Source: Eledone cirrhosa
Taxonomy: Eukaryota
Direction of reading: 5' to 3'
Assembly (NCBI GenBank): GCA_964016885.1
Contig: OZ024743.1
Coordinates: 175,398,001 to 175,462,000, forward strand
DNA: 64,000 bases
The position numbers and the translations under genes are program-made. Shown piece by piece: positions 33,301-47,590 of this stretch. A model generated the notes under the pieces. The model was not told where the DNA came from. It did not search any database and worked only from the letters and a program-made list of their open reading frames with translations. The stretch's first letter is position 1. Each line of letters starts with the position of its first letter.

Positions 33301-36300
33301 AACCACTACTGACACCACTACCTCTGTCACTACCACTACTGACACCACTACCTCTGTCACTACCACTACTGACACCACTACCTCTGTCACTACCACTACT
33401 GCCACCACTACCTCTATCACTACCACTACTGACACCACTACCTCTGTCACTACCACTACTGACACCACTACCTCTGTCACTACCACTACTGACACCCCTA
33501 CCTCTGTCACTACCACTATTGACACCACTACCTCTGTCTCTACCACTACTACCACCACTACCTCTGTCGCTACCACTACTGACACCACTACCTCTGTCAC
33601 TCCCAGTTCTACCACAACTACCTCTGTCACTACCACTATTGACACCACTACCTTTGTCACGACCACTACTGACACCACTACCTCTGTCACTACCACTACT
33701 GACACCACTACCTCTGTCACTACCACTACTGACACCACTACCTCTGTTACTACCACTACTACCACCACTACCTCTGTCACTACCACTACTGACACCACTA
33801 CCTCTGTCACTACCACTACTGACACCACTACCTCTGTCACTACCACTACTACCACCACTACCTCTGTCACTACCAATACTGACATCACTACCTCTGTCAC
33901 TACCACTACTATCACCACTACCTCTGTCACTACCACTACTGACACCACTACCTCTGTCACTACCACTACTGACACCACTACCTCTGTCACTACCACTACT
34001 ACCACCACTACCTCTGTCACTACCACTACTGACACCATTACCTCTGTCACTACCACTACTGAAACCACTACCTCTGTCACTACCACTACTGACACCACTA
34101 CCTCTGTCACTACCACTACTGACACCCCTACCTCTGTCACTACCACTACTGACACCACTACCTCTGTCACTACCACTACTACCACCACTACCTCTGTCAC
34201 TACCACCACTACCACCACTACCTCTGTCACTACCTCTACTGACACCCCTACTTCTGGCACTACCACTACTGACACCACTACCTCTGTCACTACCACTACT
34301 GACACCACTACCTCTGTCACTCCCAGTACTACCACAACTACCTCTGTCACTACCACTACTGACACCACTACCTCTCTCACTACCACTACTACCACCACTA
34401 CCTCTGTCACTACCAGTACTACCACAACTACCTCTGTCACTACCACTACTGACACCACTACCTCTGTCACTCCCAGTACTACCACAACTACCTCTGTCAC
34501 TACCACTATTGACACCACTACCTCTCTCACTACCACTACTACCACCACTACCTCTGTCTCTACCACTACTGACACCACTACCTCTGTCACTACCACTACT
34601 GACACCACTACCTCTGTCACTCCCAGTACTACCACCACTACCTCTGTCACTACCACTACTGACACCACTACCTCTGTCACTACCACTACTGCCACCACTA
34701 CCTCTATCACTACCACTACTGACACCACTACCTCTGTCACTACCACTAGTGACACCACTACCTCTGTCACTACCACTACTGACACCCCTACCTCTGTCAC
34801 TACCACTATTGACACCACTACCTCTGTCTCTACCACTACTACCACCACTACCTCTGTCGCTACCACTACTGACACCACTACCTCTGTCACTCCCAGTACT
34901 ACCACAACTACCTCTGTCACTACCACTATTGACACCACTACCTCTGTCACTACCACTACTACCACCACTACCTCTGTCACTACCACTACTGACACCACTA
35001 CCTCTGTCACTACCACTACTGACACCACTACCTCTGTCACTACCACTACTGACACCCCTACCTCTGGCACTACCACTACTGACACCCTTACCTCTGTCAC
35101 TACCACTACTGACACCCCTACCTCTGTTACTACCACTACTGACACCACTACCTCTGTCACTACCACTACTACCACCACTACCTCTGTCACTACCACTACT
35201 GACACCACTACCTCTGTCACTACCACTACTGACACCACTACCTCTGTCACTACCACTACTACCACCACTACCTCTGTCACTACCACTACTGACACCACTA
35301 CCTCTGTCACTACCACTACTGACAACCCTACCTCTAACACTACCACTACTACAACCACTACCTCTGTCACTACCACTACTGACACCACTACCTCTGTCAC
35401 TACCAATACTGACAGCACTACCTCTGTCACTACGACTACTATCACCACTACCTCTGTCACTACCACTACTGACACCACTACCTCTGTCACTACCACTACT
35501 GACACCACTACCTCTGTCACTACCACTACTACCACCACTACCTCTGTCACTACCACTACTGACACCATTACCTCTGTCACTACCACTACTGAAACCTCTA
35601 CCTCTGTCACTACCACTACTGACACCACTACCTCTGTCACTACCACTACTGACACCCCTACCTCTGTCACTACCACTACTGACACCACTACCTCTGTCAC
35701 TGCCACTACTACCACCACTACCTCTGTCACTACCACCACTACCACCACTACCTCTGTCACTACCTCTACTGACACCCCTACCTCTGGCACTACCACTACT
35801 GACACCACTACCTCTGTCACTACCACTACTGACACCACTACCTCTGTCACTCCCAGTACTACCACAACTACCTCTGTCACTACCACTATTGACACCACTA
35901 CCTCTCTCACTACCACTACTACCACCACTACCTCTGTCACTACCACTACTGACACCACTACCTCTGTCACTACCACTACTGACACCCCTACCTCTGTCAC
36001 TACCACTACTACCACCACTACCTCTGTCACTCCCAGTACTACCACAACTACCTCTGTCACTACCACTATTGACACCACTACCTCTCTCACTACCACTACT
36101 GACACCACTACCTCTGTCACTACCACTACTGACACCACTACCTCTGTCACTACCACTACTACCACCACTACCTCTGTCACTCCCAGTACTACCACAACTA
36201 CCTCTGTCACTACCACTATTGACACCACTACCTCTCTCACTACCACTACTACCACCACTACCTCTGTCACTACCACTACTTGCCTCACTACCTCTGTCAC

Positions 36301-39300
36301 TACCACTACTGACATCACTACATCTGTCACTACCACTACTGACACCCCTACCTCTGGCACTACCACTACTGACACCACTACCTCTGTCACTACCACTACT
36401 GACACCCCTACCTCTGTTACTACCACTACTGACACCACTACCTCTGTCACTACCACTATACCACCACTACCTCTGTCACTACCACTACTGACACCACTAC
36501 CTCTGTCACTACCACTACTGACACCACTACCTCTGTCACTACCACTACTACCACCACTACCTCTGTCACTACCACTACTGACACCACTACCTCTATCACT
36601 ACCAGTACTGACACCCCTACCCCTAACACTACCACTACTACCACCACTACCTCTGTCACTACCACTACTAACACCCCTACCTCTGTCACTACCACTACTG
36701 ACACCACTACCTCTTTCACTACCACTACTACCACCACTACCTCTGTCACTACCACTACTGACACCACTACCTCTGTCACTACCACTACTGACACCCCTAC
36801 CTCTGTCACTACCACTACTGACACCACTACCTCTGTCACTACCACTACTACCACCACTACCTCTGTCACTACCACCACTACCACCACTACCTCTGTCACT
36901 ACCACTACTGACACCCCTACCTCTAGCACTACCACTACTGACACCACTACCTCTATCACTACCACTACTGAGACCACTACCTCTGTCACTACCACTACTG
37001 ACACCACTACCTCTGTCACTACCACTACTACCACCACTACCTCTGTCACTACCACTACTGACACCACTACCTCTGTCACTACCACTACTATCACCACTAC
37101 CTCTGTCACTACCACTACTGACACCACTACCTCTGTCACTACCACTACTGACACCACTACCTCTGTCACTACCACTACTACCACCACTACCTCTGTCACT
37201 ACCACTACTGACACCACTACCTCTGTCACTACCACTACTGCCACCACTACCTCTGTCACTACCACTACTGACACCCCTACCTCTGGCACTACCATTACTG
37301 ACACCACTACCTCTGTCACTACCACTACTACCACCACTACCTCTGTCACTACCACTACTGACACCACTACCTCTGTCACTACCACTACTGACACCCCTAC
37401 CTCTGTCACTACCACTACTGACACCATTACCTCTGTCAACCACTACTGACACCTCTACCTCTGTCACTACCATTACTGACACCATTACCTATGTCACTAA
37501 AACTACTACCACCACTACCTCTGTCACAACCACTACTGACACCACTACCTCTGTCACTATCACTACTGACACCACTACCTCTGTAACTACCACTACTGAC
37601 ACCATTACCTCTGTCACTACCACTACTGACACCACTACCTCTCTCACTACCACTACTGACACCATTACCTCTGTCACTACCACTACTACCACCACTACCT
37701 CTGTCACAACCACTACTGACACCACTACCTCTGTCACTACCACTACTGACACCATTACCTCTGTCACTACCACTACTACCACCACTACCTCTGTCACAAC
37801 CACTACTGACACCACTACCTCTGTCACTACCACTACTGACACCACTACCTCTGTCACTACCACTACTGACACCACTACCTCTGTCACTACCACTACTGCC
37901 ACCACTACCTCTATCACTACCACTACTGACACCACTACCTCTGTCACTACCACTACTGACACCACTACCTCTGTCACTACCACTACTGACACCCCTACCT
38001 CTGTCACTACCACTATTGACACCACTACCTCTGTCTCTACCACTACTACCACCACTACCTCTGTCGCTACCACTACTGACACCACTACCTCTGTCATTCC
38101 CAGTACTACCACAACTACCTCTGTCACTACCACTATTGACACCACTACCTCTGTCACTACCACTACTACCACCACTACCTCTGTCACTACCACTACTGAC
38201 ACCACTACCTCTGTCACTACCACTACTGACACCACTACCTCTGTCACTACCACTACTGACACCCCTACCTCTGGCACTACCACTACTGACACCCTTACCT
38301 CTGTCACTACCACTACTGACACTCCTACCTCTGTTACTACCACTACTGACACCACTACCTCTGTCACTACCACTACTACCACCACTACCTCTGTCACTAC
38401 CACTACTGACACCACTACCTCTGTCACTACCACTACTGACACCACTACCTCTGTCACTACCACTACTACCACCACTATTTCTGTCACTACCACTACTGAC
38501 ACCACTACCTCTGTCACTACCACTACTGACACCCCTACCTCTAACACTACCACTACTACCACCACTACCTCTGTCACTACCACTACTGACACCACAACCT
38601 CTGTCACTACCACTACTGACACCACTACCTCTGTCACTACCACCACTACCACCACTACCTCTTTCACTACCATTACTGACACCCCTACCTCTGGCACTAC
38701 CACTACTGACACCACTACCTCTGTCACTACCACTACTGACACCACTACCTCTGTCACTACCACTACTGACACCACTACCTCTGTCAATACCAATACTGAC
38801 ACCCCTACCTCTGGCACTACCACTACTGACACCACTACCTCTGTCACTACCACTACTGACACCCCTACCTCTGTCACTACCAATACTGACACCCCTACCT
38901 CTGTCACTACCACTACTGACACCCCTAACTCTGTCACTACCACTACTGACACCACTACCTCTGTCACTACCACTACTACCACCACTACCTCTCTCACTAC
39001 CACTATTGACACCACTACCTCTGTCACTACCACTATTGACACCACTACCTCTGTCACTACCACTACTGACACCCCTACCTCTGTCACTACCACTACTACC
39101 ACCACTACCACTGTCACTACCACTACTACCACCACTACCTCTCTCACTACCACTACTGACACCACTACCTCTGGCACTACCACTACTGACACCACTACCT
39201 CTGTCACTACCACTACGGACACCACTACCTCTGTCACTACCACTACTGACACCACTACCTCTGTCACTACCACTACTGACACCACTATCTCTGTCACTAC

Positions 39301-42240
39301 CACTACTGACACCCCTACCTCTGTCACTACCACTTCTGCCACCACTACCTCTGTCACTACCACTACTGACACCACTACCTCTGTCACTACCACTACTGAC
39401 ACCACTACCTCTGTCACTACCACTACTGACACCACTACCTCTGTCACTACCACTACTGACACCCCTACCTCTAACACTACCACTACTACCACCACTACCT
39501 CTGTCACTACCACTACTGACACCACAACCTCTGTCACTACCACTACCGACACCACTACCTCTTTCACTACCACTACTACCACCACTACCTCTGTCACTAC
39601 CACTACTGACACCACTACCTCTGTCACTACCACTACTGACACCCCTACCTCTGTCACTACCACTACTGACACCACTACCTCTGTCACTACCACTACCTCT
39701 GTCACTACCACCACTACCACCACTACCTCTGTCACTACCACTACTGACACCCCTACCTCTGGCACTACCACTACTGACACCACTACCTCTATCACTACCA
39801 CTACTGAGACCACTACCTCTGTCACTACCACTACTGACACCACTACCTCTGTCACTACCACTACTACCACCACTACCTCTGTCACTACCACTACTGACAC
39901 CACTACCTCTGTCACTACCACTACTATCACCACTACCCCTGTCACTACCACTACTGACACCACTACCTCTGTCACTACCACTACTGACACCACTACCTCT
40001 GTCACTACCACTACTACCACCACTACCTCTTTCACTACCACTACTGACACCACTACCTCTGTCACTACCACTACTGACACCACTACCTCTGTCACTACCA
40101 CTACTGACACCACTACCTCTGGCACTACCACTACTGACACCACTACCTCTGTCACTAACACTACTACCACCACTACCTCTGTCACTACCACTACTGACAC
40201 CACTACCTCTGTCACTACCACTACTGTCACCCCTACCTCTGTCACTACCACTACTGACACCACTACCTCTGTCACAACCACTACTGACACCACTACCTCT
40301 GTCACTACCACTACTGACACCACTACCTCTGTAACTACCACTACTGACACCATTACCTCTGTCACTACCACTACTGACACCACTACCTCTGTCACTACCA
40401 CTACTGACACCACTACCTCTGTCACTACCAATACTACCACCACTACCTCTGTCACAACCACTACTGACACCACTACCTCTGTCACTACCACTACTGACAC
40501 CACTACCTCTGTCACTACCACTACTACCACCACTACCTCTGTCACAACCACTACTGACACCACTACCTCTGTCACTACCACTACTGACACCACTACCTCT
40601 GTCACTACCACTACTGACACCACTACCTCTGTCACTACCACTACTGCCACCACTACCTCTATCACTACCACTACTGACACCACTACCTCTGTCACTACCA
40701 CTACTGACACCACTACCTCTGTCACTACCACTACTGCCACCACTACCTCTGTCACTACCACTACTGACACCACTACCTCTGTCACTACCACTACTGACAC
40801 CACTACCTCTATCACTACCACTACTGACACCCCTACCTCTGTCACTACCACTATTGACACCACTACGTCTGTCTCTACCACTACTACCACCACTACCTCT
40901 GTCGCTACCACTACTGACACCGCTACCTCTGTCACTCCCAGTACTACCACAACTACCTCTGTCACTACCACTATTGACACCACTACCTCTGTCACTACCA
41001 CTACTACCACCACTACCTCTGTCACTACCACTACTGACACCACTACCTCTGTCACTACCACTACTGACACCACTACCTCTGTCACTACCACTACTGACAC
41101 CCCTACCTCTGGCACTACCACTACTGACACCCTTACCTCTGTCACTACCACTACTGACACCCCTACCTCTGTTACTACCACTACTGACACCACTACCTCT
41201 GTCACTACCACTACTACCACCACTACCTCTGTCACTACCACTACTGACACCACTACCTCTGTCACTACCACTACTGACACCACTACCTCTGTCACTACCA
41301 CTACTACCACCACTACCTCTGTCACTACTACTACTGACACCACTACCTCTGTCACTACCACTACTGACAACCCTACCTCTAACACTACCACTACTACCAC
41401 CACTACCTCTGTCACTACCACTACTGACACCACTACCTCTGTCACTACCAATACTGACAGCACTACCTCTGTCACTACCACTACTATCACCACTACCTCT
41501 GTCACTACCACTACTGACACCACTACCTCTGTCACTACCACTACTGACACCACTACCTCTGTCACTACCACTACTGACACCACTACCTCTGTCACTCCCA
41601 GTACTACCACAACTACCTCTGTCACTACCACTATTGACACCACTACCTCTCTCACTACCACTACTACCACCACTACCTCTGTCACTACCACTACTGACAC
41701 CACTACCTCTGTCACTACCACTACTGACACCACTACCTCTGTCACTCCCAGTACTACCACAACTACCTCTGTCACTACCACTATTGACACCACTACCTCT
41801 CTCACTACCACTACTACCACCACTACCTCTGTCACTACCACTACTTGCCTCACTACCTCTGTCACTACCACTACTGACACCACTACCTCTGTCACTACCA
41901 CTACTACCACCACTACCTCTGTCACTACCACTACTGACACCATTACCTCTGTCACTACCACTACTGAAACCTCTACCTCTGTCACTACCACTACTGACAC
42001 CACTACCTCTGTCACTACCACTACTGACACCCCTACCTCTGTCACTACCACTACTGACACCACTACCTCTGTCACTACCACTACTACCACCACTACCTCT
42101 GTCACTACCACCACTACCACCACTACCTCTGTCACTACCTCTACTGACACCCCTACCTCTGGCACTACCACTACTGACACCACTACCTCTGTCACTACCA
42201 CTACTGACACCACTACCTCTGTCACTCCCAGTACTACCAC
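24400..42240. repeat. ~10.3-10.5 kb-period segmental duplication inside the 30-mer array (~24.4-32.1 kb repeated at ~34.7-42.2 kb)
   Basis: Shared rare lesions: -1 deletion at ~26022/~36459, -2 deletion at ~27000/~37437, ACCTATGTC marker at 27050/37487 (offset 10437), ACGTCTGTCTCT at 30500/40865. Boundaries are approximate. Confidence 0.85.
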
Positions 42241-45200
42241 AACTACCTCTGTCACTACCACTATTGACACCACTACCTCTCTCACTCCCAGTACTACCAC
42301 AACTACCTCTGTCACTACCACTATTGACACCACTACCTCTCTCACTACCACTACTACCACCACTACCTCTGTCACTACCACTACTTGCCTCACTACCTCT
42401 GTCACTACCACTATTGACACCACTACCTCTGTCACTACCACTACTACCACCACTACCTCTGCCACTACCACTACTGACATCACTACATCTGTCACTACCA
42501 CTACTGACACCCCTACCTCTGTTACTACCACTACTGACACCACTACCTCTGTCACTACCACTACTACCACCACTACCTCTGTCACTACCACTACTGACAC
42601 CACTACCTCTGTCACTACCACTACTGACACCACTACCTCTGTCACTACCACTACTACCACCACTACCTCTGTCACTACCACTAGTGACACCACTACCTCT
42701 GTCACTACCACTAATGACACCCCTACCTCCAACACTACCACTACTACCACCACTACCTCTGTCACTACCACTACTAACACCCCTACCTCTGTCACTACCA
42801 CTACTGACACCACTACCTCTTTCACTACCACTACTACCACCACTACCTCTGTCACTACCACTACTGACACCACTACCTCTGTCACTACCACTACTGACAC
42901 CCCTACCTCTGTCACTACCACTACTGACACCACTACCTCTGTCACTACCACCACTACCACCACTACCTCTGTCACTACCACCACTACCACCACTACCTCT
43001 GTCACTACCACTACTGACACCCCTACCTCTAGCACTACCACTACTGACACCACTACCTCTATCACTACCACTACTGAGACCACTACCTCTGTCACTACCA
43101 CTACTGACACCACTACCTCTGTCACTACCACTACTACCACCACTACCTCTGTCACTACCACTACTGACACCACTACCTCTGTCACTACCACTACTATCAC
43201 CACTACCTCTGTCACTACCACTACTGACACCACTACCTCTGTCACTACCACTACTGACACCACTACCTCTGTCACTACCACTACTACCACCACTACCTCT
43301 GTCACTACCACTACTGACACCACTACCTCTGTCACTACCACTACTGACACCACTACCTCTGTCACTACCACTACTGACACCCCTACCTCTGGCACTACCA
43401 CTACTGACACCACTACCTCTGTCACTACCACTACTACCACCACTACCTCTGTCACTACCACTACTGACACCACTACCTCTGTCACTACCACTACTGACAC
43501 CCCTACCTCTGTCACTACCAATACTGACACCCCTACCTCTGTCACTACCACTACTGACACCATTACCTCTGTCACAACCACTACTGACACCTCTACCTCT
43601 GTCACTACCATTACTGACACCATTACCTATGTCACTAAAACTACTACCACCACTACCTCTGTCACAACCACTACTGACACCACTACCTCTGTCACTACCA
43701 CTACTGACACCACTACCTCTGTAACTACCACTACTGACACCATTACCTCTGTCACTACCACTACTGACACCACTACCTCTCTCACTACCACTACTGACAC
43801 CATTACCTCTGTCACTACCACTACTACCACCACTACCTCTGTCACAACCACTACTGACACCACTACCTCTGTCACTACCACTACTGACACCATTACCTCT
43901 GTCACTACCAATACTACCACCACTACCTCTGTCACAACCACTACTGACACCACTACCTCTGTCACTACCACTACTGACACCACTACCTCTGTCACTACCA
44001 CTACTGACACCACTACCTCTGTCACTACCACTACTGCCACCACTACCTCTATCACTACCACTACTGACACCACTACCTCTGTCACTACCACTACTGACAC
44101 CACTACCTCTGTCACTACCACTACTGACACCCCTACCTCTGTCACTACCACTATTGACACCACTACCTCTGTCTCTACCACTACTACCACCACTACCTCT
44201 GTCGCTACCACTACTGACACCACTACCTCTGTCATTCCCAGTACTACCACAACTACCTCTGTCACTACCACTATTGACACCACTACCTCTGTCACTACCA
44301 CTACTACCACCACTACTTCTGTCACTACCACTACTGACACCACTACCTCTGTCACTACCACTACTGACACCACTACCTCTGTCACTACCACTACTGACAC
44401 CCCTACCTCTGTTACTACCACTACTGACACCACTACCTCTGTCACTACCACTACTACCACCACTACCTCTGTCACTACCACTACTGACACCACTACCTCT
44501 GTCACTACCACTACTGACACCCCTACCTCTGTCACTACCACTATTGACACCACTACCTCTGTCTCTACCACTACAACCACCACTACCTCTGTCGCTACCA
44601 CTACTGACACCACTACCTCTGTCATTCCCAGTACTACCACAACTACCTCTGTCACTACCACTATTGACACCACTACCTCTGTCACTACCACTACTACCAC
44701 CACTACTTCTGTCACTACCACTACTGACACCACTACCTCTGTCACTACCACTACTGACACCACTACCTCTGTCACTACCACTACTGACACCCCTACCTCT
44801 GTTACTACCACTACTGACACCACTACCTCTGTCACTACCACTACTGACACCACTACCTCTGTCACTACCACTACTGACACCACTACCTCTGTCACTACCA
44901 CTACTACCACCACTATTTCTGTCACTACCACTACTGACACCACTACCTCTGTCACTACCACTACTGACACCCCTACCTCTGTTACTACCACTACTACCAC
45001 CACTACCTCTGTCACTACCACTACTGACACCACTACCTCTGTCACTACCACTACTGACACCACTACCTCTGTCACTACCACTACTACCACCACTATTTCT
45101 GTCACTACCACTACTGACACCACTACCTCTGTCACTACCACTACTGACACCCCTACCTCTAACACTACCACTACTACCACCACTACCTCTGTCACTACCA

Positions 45201-46610
45201 CTACTGACACCACAACCTCTGTCACTACCACTACTGACACCACTACCTCTGTCACTACCACCACTACCACCACTACCTCTGTCACTACCACTACTGACAC
45301 CCCTATCTCTGTCACTACCAATACTGACACCCCTACCTCTGTCACTACCACTACTGACACCACTACCTCTGGTACTACCACTACTGACACCACTACCTCT
45401 GTCACTACCACTACTGACACCCCTACCTCTGTCACTACCACTACTGACACCACTACCTCTGTCACTACCACTACTGACACCACTACCTCTGTCACTACCA
45501 CTACTACCACCACTACCTCTGTCACTACCACTACTGACACCACTACCTCTGTCACTACCACTACTACCACCACTACCTCTCTCACTACCACTATTGACAC
45601 CACTACCTCTGTCACTACCACTATTGACACCACTACCTCTGTCACTACCACTACTGACACCCCTACCTCTGTCACTACCACTACTACCACCACTACCACT
45701 GTCACTACCACTACTACCACCACTACCTCTCTCACTACCACTACTGACACCACTACCTCTGGCACTACCACTACTGACACCACTACCTCTGTCACTACCA
45801 CTACGGACACCACTACCTCTGTCACTACCACTACTGACACCACTACCTCTGTCACTACCACTACTGACACCACTATCTCTGTCACTACCACTACTGACAC
45901 CCCTACCTCTGTCACTACCACTTCTGCCACCACTACCTCTGTCACTACCACTACTGACACCACTACCTCTGTCACTACCACTACTGACACCACTACCTCT
46001 GTCACTACCACTACTGAAAACCCTACCTCTGTCACTACCACTACTTCCACCACTACCTCTGTCACTACCACTACTGACACCCCTACCTCTGTCACTACCA
46101 CTACTACCACCACTACCTCTGTCACTACCACTACTACCACCACTACCTCTGTCACTACCACTACTGACACCCCTACCTCTGGCACTACCACTACTGACAC
46201 CACTACCTCTGTCACTACCACTACTGACACCACTACCTCTGTCACTACCACTACTGACACCCTACCTCTGTCACTACCACTACTGCCACCACTACCTCTG
46301 TCACTACCACTACTGACACCACTACCTCTGTCACTACCACTACTGACAACCCTACCTCTGTCACTACCACTACTACCACCACTACCTCTGTCACTACCAC
46401 TACTGACACCCCTACCTCTGTCACTACCACTACTGCGACCACTACCTCTGTCACTACCACTACTGACACCACTACCTCTGTCACTACCACTACTGACACC
46501 CCTACCTCTGTCACTACCACTACTACCACCACTACCTCTGTCACTACCACTACTGACACCCCTACCTCCGGCACTACCACTACTGACACCACTACCTCTG
46601 TTACTACCAC

Positions 46611-47590
46611 CATTACGTCCACCACTACCACCACTGACACCACCATCACTGTCACCACCACCACTGTCACCACCACCAATGTCACCACCACCACCACCAC
46701 CTCTGTCACTACCACCACAGACACCACCACCACTGACCATCACTACCACCACCACCACACCACCATCACCACTACCACCACCACCACCATCACCATCACC
46801 ATCACCACCATCACCACCAGCACCACCATCACCACCACCACCACCTCTGTTACTACCACAACTGACACCACCACCACCACCTTCACCACCATCCCCACCA
46901 CCCCCATCAGCACCACCAACTCTGTCGCTACCAACACTGACGCCACCACCACCATCACCTCCAGCACCAGTAACAACATCAACACCACTGACACCATTAC
47001 TACCAGCACCAGCACCACTGCCACTGCCACCACCATCATCACTACTAGCACCACCATCACCACCACCACTATCATCACCAGCACCAGTACCACCACCACT
47101 GACACCACCATCACCACCAGCACCAACAACAGCTTCAAGACCACTGACACCATCACCACCAGCGCCACCAACAACATGAACACCACTGAAACCATTACTA
47201 CCAGCACCAGCGCCACCACTATTGCCACTGAAACCATTACCACCAACACCACCACAACAGCCACTGAAACCATCACCACCAACAACAAACCCACCAACAC
47301 CAGTACCACCTCCACTAACAACAACAACAACAGCGTTACCACTACCATCAACAACACCAATACCAAGGTCACCACCACCACCATCAGCACTAGCAGCACC
47401 ACCACTACCGTGACCACCATCACATCCCGCAACATCACCACCATCAACAATAACAACAAGCAAAACACCACCACCACCACCACTACCATCACCACCACCA
47501 CCACCACCACCACCACCACCACCACCACCACCACCACCACCACCACCAGCACCACCATCACCAGCACCACCACACCAACAACAAACAACA
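46611..47590. repeat. Degenerate (ACC/ATC/AGC/AAC)n cryptic simple repeat forming the eroded edge of the 30-mer array
   Basis: The 30-bp period is lost after ~46610. Triplet-register ACC-rich sequence carries scattered relics such as TCTGTCACT, TCTGTTACTACC, TCTGTCGCTACC and ACTGACACC. AAC triplets increase toward the right end. Confidence 0.9.
47491..47547. repeat. Perfect (ACC)19 microsatellite
   Basis: 57 nt of uninterrupted ACC read directly. Confidence 0.95.

Larger units (their letters stand above)
1..46610. repeat. 30-bp minisatellite/satellite array, ~1,550 units, consensus ACCTCTGTCACTACCACTACTGACACCACT; truncated by the left window edge
   Basis: Strict 30-bp periodicity read directly. 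Common variants are GAC>ACC, terminal ACT>CCT, and GTC>GGC/GTT/CTC/AAC. Off-length units: 21 nt at 6242, 8882, 10523, 13393, 16023; 39 nt at 7673; 18 nt at 39677; 28-31 nt at the frameshift sites. Confidence 0.99.

Noticed and set aside
6242-39695. In-frame indels (-9 five times, +9, -12) as evidence of coding selection
   Set aside because: They represent only three independent events, 3n slips are expected from the ACT/ACC triplet substructure, and about six independent frameshifting events are also present.
5270-46261. Net of all frameshifts is -9, so the Thr register is frame 1 at both ends of the array
   Set aside because: A one-in-three coincidence. Intervening segments fall into a frame with TGA in most units, so no continuous ORF exists.
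830-46316. Long + strand Leu/Pro ORFs (TPLPLSLPLL)n
   Set aside because: These are an alternative frame of the 30-mer. Starts and stops are incidental variants (TTG/ATG from ATT/AAT GAC; TAA from GTA ACT), and there is no non-repetitive domain.
1-46610. CRISPR array (30-bp repeat length, weak internal dyad)
   Set aside because: Units are head-to-tail with no unique spacers, and there is no leader or cas gene.
1-46610. Telomeric repeat tract (C-rich/G-rich strand asymmetry)
   Set aside because: It matches no telomerase repeat I recognise. Heritable variant patterns and kb-scale duplications indicate recombinational amplification rather than templated addition. A subtelomeric position cannot be judged from this window.
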